A DNA stretch of 64,000 nt from Paramecium tetraurelia. Its lineage: Eukaryota. Position 1 is the first letter of the stretch. Every line of letters starts with the position of its first letter. The stretch is taken from assembly GCA_000165425.1 (NCBI GenBank), contig CT868677.1:124001-188000 (forward strand), given 5' to 3'. A model generated the notes under the pieces. That model searched no databases. It was given only the letters and a program-made list of their open reading frames with translations, and was not told the origin of the DNA. Positions 53,816 through 64,000 of the stretch are shown here, one piece after another. The position numbers and the translations under genes were made by a program.

Positions 53816-54800
53816 ATGTTGGAAAATATAAAATATTTATTAATTTCCTCATTCAAGAGAAAGATATGGAATTTACCCCATTGTTTTAAAATAGGTGTTT
53901 GGACAATTGTCAAGGGATGTTTAGATTTACATTTATTTTACAATATTGAAATTGCTGACAACATTAATATTTTTAGGAGTAGCTTTGAAGTGTGTAGCTT
54001 TCAGAATCACATTCAACAGCAACGACAGTTGTATTGCACTGCATTTTCATGCTATACCACGAGTTCAAGTACAAGGTGGAGTTGGAAAATTACGACAAAT
54101 TGAACTTAATTCAATATACTATGGAATAGTAAGGAATGAACTTAGAAGAGATTCTAGATAGACAACAATTAAATAAGGTGATGATGACTGTGAAGAAATT
54201 AATATTTTCTTAATGTCCTGATTTGAATGTAATTGGTAGTAATATTTAAATAGAGAGAATAAAAATATTTGAACTTTTTGGCTTAGTTGATTATAATTAG
54301 GTTTTTTATATTGATGTTGAATTCGCCATTTCGTTTTAACATACTCGAATACTTTTAAGAGAGTTGTGATGCAGAATTATTGAATATATTGTTGCCAATA
54401 ATTTTGTCGATGTTTCTAGAGTTCATCTTGCTCTATTGTTTGGTGTTTGTATTAGTGATTGCATTGCCGTAGATATTCAATAGTATTTTAGATTACTTTG
54501 TTGTTTGTCAATTTACAGGAAAGGGAAACATTTATATTCGATTAGGCGATTAAAGAAATATTTGGATTCTATTCCTCCTCACAAATACACAGGTTCAGAT
54601 GATACTTGGATGAAAGAGGACAAGACTTGTTGTATTTGTATGCAGGAATATGTTTAGCATGAGAACATTCTGTAATTACCTTGCAGTGGATAACACTAGT
54701 TTCATGAATTATGCATCAGGAATTGGTTCAATGTATATGATTTCCCTAATTTGAATAGGTATCGACTAGTTGTCCAATTTGCAGATAATAGTTAGGTTGA
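53816..54800 (+). CDS. Membrane-associated RING-H2 E3 ligase (5' end and frame uncertain)
   Basis: 'CCICMQEYVQHENILQLPCSGQHQFHELCIRNWFN|VSTSCPICR'; hydrophobic segments upstream; frame breaks in the first ~200 nt. Confidence 0.75.
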
Positions 54801-54907
54801 CAATTGCATTTTGATATCTAAATAATCTATATAATTGACAATTATGTTAAATATAAATTTTGTGGGAAATTGAATAATTATTATAATTAACGAATTTTTC
54901 ATAGTAA

Positions 54908-56780
54908 ATGGATCAATTTAAAAGAATCAAGAAAATAGGCAAAGGCAATTATGGTGATGTTTTGTTAGTGTAAAGGAAATCAGATGACAAAGTACTGTTA
55001 TTATTTATCCTTTCAGTTATTCGCTATAAAAAGAGTAGATTTGAGTTTTAGAGAAAGCTATGTGGTTGATCCACTCAATGAAGTTAAATTGTTACGCAGT
55101 CTGGATCACCCCAACATTATTTCGCATTATGATTCCTTCACCCATAATAATAAATTATGTATTGTTATGGAATATGCCGAGAATGGTATCAAATTCTTAT
55201 CCAAATCTTCTAGCCGATCTGAGTATGATGACCAACCAAGCTAAATAAACACAAACATACATTGATGAAAATACAGTTTAGTATTTGATTTATGCAATAT
55301 TATAGATTCTTGGCTGGTTCTCCTAGATCTCCATAGCCATCCAATATCTCCACCAGTTGAAGATAATCCACAGAGACATCAAATTACAAAACATCTTCCT
55401 CTGCAACAATGGAATTGTAACATTCCTTATTTATTTTAAGGTCAAATTGGGAGATTTTGGAATATCTAGAACTTTAGACAGCACCTTGGATCTGGCCTAA
55501 ACATCAATTGGTATTATACTATTTTAATATCAAAGGAACTCCATTTTATCTCTCTCCTGAAATCTGTTAAAATCAACAGTACAATCATAAGATAGATATC
55601 TGGATGCTTGGATGTACTCTATATGAATTGTGCTCACTTCAAAAACCATTTAAGGGGGAATCCATCAGTGAAATTGCTTTTAAGATCATTAATGAACCTC
55701 ATCCCAAGATTCACAGAAATTATTCAGATTTTATCTCATAATTAATAGATGAAATGTTAGAAAAGAATCCTGAAAAAAGACCTGACATCTCGACTATCCT
55801 CTAATATCCATAAATTTAATCAGAATTGTATAGGCTACAAGGACATTATAAGACCTAATTTAATTACATCATACCAGTTTCGCCTATACAATCCAATAAA
55901 TCTTCTTAAAAGAAAATGCATAAAAATTCTATTCACTTCCTTGTTGAATAGTCAAAATAATTACAATAATAATAACAATAACAATAACAATAATAATCAC
56001 CATAAGTATGTAATTAGAAGAGAAGAAAAGTCTCGTTGCAATAATTAATTTAAGATACTTCCAATCAGAATTCACCTACATTCAAATAATTAGCAACTGC
56101 TGACAATGCCAATAAGAATAAGCCATTATCATTTAATCTACATACACTTCCTGACGTTATCAATGAATCCATCTAATAGAATTAAGCTGTTATGGCTCAA
56201 AAATAATTAAGATACTAAAAATCAATCTCAATCAATACTCAAATTGATGACAGTACTAAAAGAGGTACAAATGAATATGAGAATGAAAATCAACCAACTC
56301 TACTTAAAAATCCAAAGACTTTTTCATTTGCAGGCTAGTTTTTAAATCCTAATGCTCCAACATCTCCCTAGAGATCCATTTTATTGACAGATTTCCTTAA
56401 AAGAAAGATAGGAGAAGAGAGATTCCAATAGATGAAGACACTCTTAGAATCTTCTAATAATCCTATAAAAATGTTGGATTAGGAAAAAGAGTTGGTAAGT
56501 GAAATATTAGGAGAAGAAAACATGGAATGCATTAAGGTATTTATAATTCATTTTGTAGATATTTAAAGTTCTGATCAGTAGTTCAATCACCCCTTAAGCG
56601 TAACACACTAGAACAAAAAGCAGTCAATCCTTTTAGCAATATCATCATAATGATCAGTCATTAATTGATTTGATTAAAGACTCAGATTTAATTTAAAATA
56701 CAGAACACTCTTAGAATTCAGTATTTGAGATTTCATTTAAAAATTTATAAAATTGCCATGATGCTTTTAAACAATCGTGA
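54908..56780 (+). CDS. NIMA-related (NEK) kinase
   Basis: GKGNYG, FAIK, 'LCIVMEYAEN', HRDIKLQNIFL, KLGDFGIS, GTPFYLSPE; six mini-introns. Confidence 0.92.
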
Positions 56781-56912
56781 TTAACTTGATCATATAAATA
56801 ATAAATTATCTTATTAATTTTAATAGATTTATATATTCTAATATAATTAGATTAATTAACAGGTGAGTAAATTCTCTGAATGAAAGCAGAAAATGAATGG
56901 AAATGTTATCAT

Positions 56913-56997
56913 CCGAAAATAGCTCAGTTGGTAGAGCGAGGGACTGTAGTGTTATCCAGTTATCCCCAGGTCGGTGGTTCAAATCCGCCTTTTCGGA
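56913..56997 (+). tRNA. tRNA-Tyr(GTA) with a ~12-nt intron
   Basis: CCGAAAA/TTTTCGG acceptor stem, A-box TAGCTCAGTTGG, anticodon GTA at 56946-56948, intron ~56950-56961, B-box GGTTCAAATCC, downstream T-run. Confidence 0.93.
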
Positions 56998-57070
56998 GAT
57001 TTTTTGTTATTTTTTTGATTAAGCAAGGATTAATTAAAAATAATTAAGGCAATAAATAATTAAATATTTA

Positions 57071-57403
57071 ATGAATTCATCTAGATATGGTGTTGGAAAT
57101 AGATCAAGTGTTTCTTAAAGCCAAAACTAATAAAAGCCTGCCAAGGGATTGTGGGGAAAGTTAATTAGATTTTTCTAAACAGGATGGTTGAATCCAAGAT
57201 CTCTATATAGGTAGTCAAGAAGGTTATTGTGGGTTGGAACAACAGGTATAAAATTGTGATAAAGAAATAAGGATTAATTTTTTTGATTGCTCCATTTGCA
57301 TTTTCACACTTTTTGGAAGTTAGCGAGGAATTATCATAGATATCAAGAATGGGTGCTTAAGAAAGTAAGAGAATTAACAAATAAATTAGTGAGCAAAATT
57401 TGA
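57071..57403 (+). CDS. TOM22: Mitochondrial import receptor TOM22 (short form)
   Basis: 'LYRQSRRLLWVGTT|GLIFLIAPFAFSHFLE' matches the Tom22 TM signature W-x-x-T-T...P; two mini-introns; ~93 aa. Confidence 0.75.
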
Positions 57404-57518
57404 TGAATGATTATTATTATATATGTTCAGGGAATATTGTAAATCAATTCGGGAAAAGAGCTTATTTTTTAAATTAGAATAATGTTGAATAATAAAATTT
57501 GTTTTTGCCCATGCTTAT

Positions 57519-58156
57519 TCAAGACGTGGAATGATGTTAAGAGTCTGAAGGTGACCTCCTCTTGTTGTAATTTCCCTTTTTTTATTCTTCGCCTCTCCTG
57601 GGACTGTTGCTATATCTGCGTCTATTTCTGTGATCTCTGTTTCTCCTTCTGGAACGCGAGGATGAGTAAGAGGAACGTGATCTTGAGCCAGATCTTCTTT
57701 TGTGATGTCTATAATAGAATGTCTTAACAACCTAGATCTCGAATTTGAGTATCTTCTGCTTCTGCGAGGGGATCTGCCTTTGGGACAATCTCTGGCCCTA
57801 TTAAGATTGAATGAACTCAATACCAGTGTCCTCCTTTGCCACATTTGAAACATTCGTCACTCTCATTAGGTCCATTTCTTCTCCCTTTGCGATTGTCGAC
57901 GACATCTACTTTCAATTTCTATCCATTATAGGTGGCCCCATTCATTTCTGTAAGAGCCTCCTTAGCTTCATCTTCATTGCTGAAAGTCTTTAAGAACTTA
58001 AATTGAAAGAGTTACTATGAAAGAGTAGGAGCCCTTGTATGCGACTTCTTTGACTGACCCATACTTTCTAAAGATTTCTCTCACATCTTTCTCGTCCTAC
58101 ACCTTGCTGCGACTGTATCCAGCTACGAACAGCTGATTAGACACAATCTCACCCAT
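57519..58156 (-). CDS. SR-family splicing factor (RRM + CCHC zinc knuckle + RS domain; SRSF7/RSZ-like)
   Basis: RRM 'LFVAGY...FRKYGSVKEV..KGSYSFI|TF', knuckle 'CFKCGKGGHW|ARDCP', RS-rich tail. Confidence 0.9.
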
Positions 58157-58211
58157 TAATTAAAATTTGGTAATGTAAAAATCCCAATACTTAGTTAATA
58201 AATAATAAAAT

Positions 58212-61200
58212 ATGAGTGTTTAAAGACTGCCTCTCGAAAAATAGGCTACTCCGCGTCATAACAGTTCCAAACCAATTCAACAGGTCTCAAGCACTGCAAG
58301 AACAATTACTAAACCACCTCTGGTACAACAAGAAATGAATCCTGATAATACAATCCTATCATTCATGAAATCTTTAGATGGTAAATAAGCAGGCATTCTC
58401 AATCGATCCATTAGAGATGGAGAAAAACTACATGTAAGAACCACTTGATATTTCTATTAGAAACCCTTAATCAAACCAAGAACCTACATCGCTTAATAAA
58501 AAACAATTCCAACATCTAACGTAGAGCGATAAATTTTAAATAATCTGGAAACAAGGTATTCTTTTTTCATACTAACAAGACCTTAATAGAATACAAAAGC
58601 TCCCGCAATATGAATAAGAATTAGTACTACAAATTCTAGCATCCATTGAAAATGGTTAACCTAAACATGAAGAACTCATCTCCTTCTTCAAAAGCAAACG
58701 AATACACCTCAAAATCCATTCCAACTATGGCAACAAAACTCAGGTTGGATTAACTAGTATTGAATTGTTGAATAATAACAGAAAATATGTCAAAATCAAC
58801 TGCATTTACTCTGATGATGATTCCCATAACACTATTAATAATCTGATCAATGGACACAATCTTACTATATACTCTGAATAGATGTGGATTACTAATTTTA
58901 GATAATTCCCAATCACAATCACAGTTTGTTATCTACTTTAGGAAGAATCTGAATTTCTCACATCTGTTAAAATATGGAATTTTAATAAAAATAGAAAAGA
59001 ATTGGATAAGTGTGTCTGTGAATTAGAAATTCTCCAGAATGATTATGTCTTATGGTAAGGTTAAATTGCCAGAGGAGTAGCCAATACATTTTCAGAATAC
59101 GCTTAAACTATCGAATTACTACCATAACCATAACAAGTTGTTAACACAATAAAAGAGAATGAAACTCGAATTAAGAATCAAAATGATTCAACTTAACCAT
59201 TCAATTAATCATCCCAATCCATTAATTCCAAGAAATCTGATGAAAATAAAGAGTAATTATAATAATATTTCTATTTAGAATTAATTTATCCAAAGCATCA
59301 AGTCAATAAAAACATGCAAAACCTAAATTAATATTTGATCCTTTTGATGATGATAAGAAATTTAAAAAGTTTGAATAAAAATAAGAACCATCCTCAGTTA
59401 AAACAAAATAAACAATCCATCAATAAAGATTCTTCAAGAAATCTCTTAATTTGTTCTCTTAAAAGTAATTGACCGAAGAGGATTCAACTAGTCCATAGCT
59501 CAACTTCAAAAGAGGAGTTGCTCACATTGCTGCAGGAACTACATCCACTCGTACCAAAAATATTTCAATTCCTGAATGTCCTTTTGGATCAAAATTAATT
59601 ATTAAATTTCTTAAAAATTGGGGAGATCTCTATTCAATTGGATTAACAGGTATTGAAATTTTTGATTATAATGGCAAAAAAGTAAAAATCAATTCAGTTT
59701 CTGGTTTTTTCAGAAATGCTGCGGTTTTGTTTGATGACAATTATTTAACGTAAGATGATAAAAATATGTGTATCGAAAGAATAGATAAAAATATGGAAAT
59801 TACAATTAAGTTTAATGACACTAAATTATCCATGATTAGAATCTGGAATTACAATAAAGGCAGAACTTACAGAGCGAAATGTGTTCGAAATATTGAAATA
59901 GTTTTGGATACAGATTCAATATTCAGTGGTGAAATCAAATAAGCCAATGGTACATGTGGTATTGATAATGCTGAATACATAATGTTTACTAATAATCCAT
60001 AAATTATGGAAAAGATTTAGGGATAGGATTGGCTTAATACATTACATGAAAGTTAAATACAATAGTAAAAACATATTCTAGAGAATACTGTCAAATTGAG
60101 TAGACCGGATACAGCAACATTTAATAAGCCTAAAGGTGAAATTACAGCTTAAAAATTTGCAAATAATAATATGAATTCTTAATTAAACAAAGATTACTAA
60201 CATTAAAAGTCTGATTCAATTCCACAAATTATAAGATAAGAGTCTGAATCAAAATTACAATAATTTCCTAAAAGGTTGTTCTCATCTCAAAATTAGATTA
60301 ATGTTAAGTCTTTACCAACTGTTACTGTAAAAGTATTAACGTTGTATATAATAAGAAATTGGGGTGACAAATTTGTTGGCCTTGATAAGATTGATATCCA
60401 TGATAAATTTGGATAGTCAATGAAAATTAAGAAATACAAAGTCATTACATCCTAATCTGAGACTGTTGTGAATAGTGATGAGAGATGGTAATTGAATAAT
60501 GGGAAAATAAAGATACAATTTGTATTCATTTAACCAACTCAAATCAGTAGGGTTTCAATTTGGAATTACAATAAAGAGGATGAATTGGAAAAAGGAGTGT
60601 AAATGATTAATATCAAAGGTGATAATCAAATTCTAAATACTATCTAAGGCATTTATTTGAGAAAAGGACATGGATTGAGTGATGTAAATGAACCCCAATT
60701 GATTGAGTTACCTTATCAAAAGAGAATAGATACTGTGATGGTAAATTACTAATTCGAAAGAAATATATATTAAGATTATGAAACCACGCAATTACCTTAA
60801 GGAACCAAGCTAGTTATCAAGCTGTTGTCAACATGGGGGGTATTTGCAGTTATATTGGATTGAATGGAATTGAGATATTTGATCCAAATGGAGAATAACT
60901 TTATCCTAAATTGTTTGCAAAACCATATTCAGTTAAGGAACTGCCTCAAATGGAAATGGATGTCAGAACTCCAGATAAGTTATTAAATAATGTTAACATA
61001 ACCTTAGATGGTAAGCAAATGTGGTTATCTCCTTTCGTTAATTCATACACAGATAGATTAAAAACGAATATAAATTCGAGTGTTTTTGATCAGATTAGTT
61101 ACTAAGTCAACAAATTGATTTTGTTATTTGATACTCCTCAATAAATATCTGCCATATCCTTTTACAATTATAGTAAAACACCTGTGAGAGGAGCTAAAGG

Positions 61201-61555
61201 AATGTGAAATCTCAATTGATGATAATATAATGTATCAAGTAAATCGATTCATTTATTTTAAGGGCTATTTGAATTTATCAACTTTGACCCAAACTGTACG
61301 AGGAATTATGGGCAATAATAAAACTACCGTATTGTTTACAAGAGATGAAAGATTGATTGATTAAATTGGGACTGTTGAAATTAGAGAAAGCATCATTGGA
61401 TCAGAGACTCTCTTAATCAATGAAAACTAAGTAATCTTTTGAAATAACATCATTAGAAATTGAAATATAATAGTATCAAAAATAAGGAGGTCAGACTGCA
61501 ATAATAGGGATTGTATAAAGAATTAGATAGACCAACTACCACATAAGTTTACTGA
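58212..61555 (+). CDS. KATNIP: KATNIP/KIAA0556 (DUF4457) homolog
   Basis: Repeated 'NWGDLYSIGLTGIEIFD', 'IRIWNYNK', 'NWGDKFVGLDKIDIHD', 'TWG..YIGLNGIEIFD', 'FYNYSKTPVRGAK'; apparent frameshifts near 60835-60850 and 61196-61198. Confidence 0.82.
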
Positions 61556-61997
61556 TTTTTATACTTTCATTATTGAAAATTTTGTTACAATAAAGAGTAT
61601 CATTAAATATTATTCTTTTGCAATCTACTATTGAATTTTGAACATTAATGAAAGTTTATTCGTAATTCTAGTGTTAAGATATCATATTTTATTGCTAATG
61701 GATTTGATATATTTATATAATATATCCAAATTCAAACAAATCCACCTAGATATATAGTTAGAAATTTATAAGACTTTTCAAATCCAAATGCTTTTTAAAT
61801 CTTATATAAAGAAATAATACTTAGGGTTTTCATACTTTAATTAAATCTGAGTGAAATATTTGCTTAAATAAGGAATAGGACTTAGTAGATATTTAAAAAA
61901 CCTTCTATAAATTTGGTATTGGTCATTATTTAAGAATTTGGATTTGTAAAATAAATTATTAGATATATAATCATAATTGTTATTATATATATATAGA

Positions 61998-63474
61998 TCA
62001 CAATTAGGGACTTGATATGTATGGTTTAGCTTCTACTCCTAATTTATTCATGATGTCTTAATTTTATTATAATAATCCTTTCTACTTTTCAATGACTTCA
62101 CTAAAATCTGATTTTTAGAGACTAAATTAGTTAGTAATTTCTTCATTCATATTCCCTACATCTTGTTTATTCCTATATTTTCTCCTTGAAATTTTGAAAT
62201 CATTCAGATTCTTCCTTAATTTAATCAGTAATATTTTGAGCTAGACTTTACTCAGATTTCCCTTTCTAAATTCATAAGGATAGAATAATACTTGAGTGCA
62301 ACATAGATTTTAAGTGAGTAGAACACCACCCAAGAGGCTGATGAAACTAAATTCTACCTTAATTGAATTCTTTCCAATACAGTAATTGCATGGGATTCTA
62401 AAGTTGAAATTACCAAGGAGTTAATAAGAGTGACAACCATAACAGAAATTACAAATATTCCTAAAATACAAACAACGAAGATAACAAATCTTCCTAAATC
62501 TGTTCTTGTATAGAAATCTCCATATCCCACTGTAGTGATTGTAATGATAATATTCCATAAAGCATTAGCATATCTACCTAAATTATTATTTGCAGGGTCA
62601 TTCCTAGCTAATGGGTTCTCGCATATTCTGACTCCATAACCAAATATGCCAATCAAAGACACTAGAGCTATGAATTATGAAGTATATGGAGAGGTTCTCA
62701 TTAATGATTTGGCCACAAACATATAATTACCTTCGCATGCGTAAAGATTGCATACTCTTTGAGTTCTGTTGCTGTACCAAAATGTCTAAGCCAAAATAGT
62801 TCTAAAGATAAACACAGTTCTGGTTATCATAAATAGAGCAAGTATTTCATTAACATGATAGTAGGCAGTTGCATCTTGAAAACTATTGTAAAAGTACACT
62901 CTCATCCCAATCGTGAAAGGAAAAGGAACTACACAATAAATTATCAATTCTATGAGCATTGGATACCATTGTTCAGTTTGCCATATTCTATCATTTTAAC
63001 TAATTTGTTTTCTTGATTTCAACCAATTCATGTGTTATTAATAACGCAAGACAGTTAAAACTAATAAAACCAATGTAGAGATAAATATGATCCATAATAA
63101 ACAATTTGAAATCTAATTTCTATTTTTAACTAATTACATCCTCGTTCTCTTCTTCAAATTCTAAATCATATTGCATAACACTCAATCCCAAACCCATTAA
63201 ATTGAAAACAAAGCAAATCTATTCAGTCATCAGAAACTTTCTAAATTGTAACTTCGTGATTTTTCCTTAAGAATATTAATTTGGATTACCATCCTCTAAT
63301 CCTCCCAATTGTTGAGTACAAACTACAAATATTTATCCAAGAGTTGCTGCTTTCAAAAAATCAGGTTTTTTAACCAACTATTCATTTTCCAGTTATCTTC
63401 TGCTGCTTCTTTCCTATCTTATTTAATATACTTACGCTAACTTTCCCACTTTATGAGTTTTTCCTTACTTTCAT
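61998..63474 (-). CDS. Small-conductance Ca2+-activated (SK-like) potassium channel
   Basis: Pore 'LWNIIITITTVGYGDFYTRTDLGR', multiple TM helices, 'RTQRVCNLYACEGNYMFVAKSLM', C-terminal coiled coil. Confidence 0.9.
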
Positions 63475-64000
63475 TCTAATATAAAAATTAAATCATAATA
63501 TATAAAATTTTACTTATCATTCAAGCGTTATTCAATTATAAAGCAAGTTCATATGATAAATTGGATTTATAAGTTAATTCTTATTGATTGAAATGGAAAA
63601 AGAAAGGAACATGAACCATAATCATAAAACAAGATAAAAGGATTATAATTAAACATTTTTTTGAAACAATATTAATGGATTATATTTAGGATGAACAAAC
63701 CAATGATTGTTAAAAATAGATTAATTATTCATGCTTTGTAATAATATATGTTGTTTGATTTTGTAATTAATACTATATGAATAAATATCTATGTTTTATG
63801 TTTTAGGAATTACTAATTATATTCATAAAAACAATAAATTTTGGTATTTCACATTTTTATAGAGATGAAAAATCATAGACTCTTCGTTTTAATGCTTATA
63901 TTCTCAAGGGACTGCAGTATAATCATATGGAAGAGATTATGAGGATTAAATTAATAAACTTGAATAATCTGATTATTAAGAATAATAGTATTAAAGTTAT

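Noticed and set aside
1689..62662. Most entries of the supplied ORF track taken as independent genes
   Set aside because: Computed with the standard code. They are fragments of code-6 genes cut at TAA/TAG, off-frame reads, or antisense shadows (e.g. 4312..4752, 9883..10314, 25418..25849, 57482..57727).
32144..63474. Functional cluster of ciliary genes (LC8, two NEKs, KATNIP, K+ channel)
   Set aside because: These families are greatly expanded in Paramecium and the genes are interspersed with unrelated ones, so co-occurrence is expected by chance.

Overview
AT-rich, gene-dense ciliate nuclear DNA, almost certainly Paramecium macronuclear-type sequence. TAA/TAG read as Gln (translation table 6), TGA is the only stop, and genes carry tiny GT-AG introns of about 20-30 nt. 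The supplied standard-code ORF track is therefore mostly fragments or antisense noise, and all gene models below were re-read by eye in code 6. Recognisable genes: NMD3, an XRCC4/XLF/PAXX-like protein, an HTH protein, a cyclin, a two-RanBP2-zinc-finger protein, a ~3,200-aa Cys-rich surface antigen-like protein, an AIG1/GIMAP-like GTPase, three protein kinases (one ULK-like, two NEK), dynein light chain LC8, a cyclic-nucleotide-binding protein, a NIFN-repeat Nup98-Nup96 precursor, a Rab GTPase, a RING E3 ligase, TOM22, an SR splicing factor, KATNIP and an SK-type K+ channel. There is also an intron-containing tRNA-Tyr and an aberrant tRNA-Asp(ATC). Two stretches (~19.2-27.9 kb and ~32.5-38.4 kb) look decayed or frameshifted. 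Several conserved genes have single-base insertions that may be assembly errors. No database searches were run; family calls rest on motif recognition.
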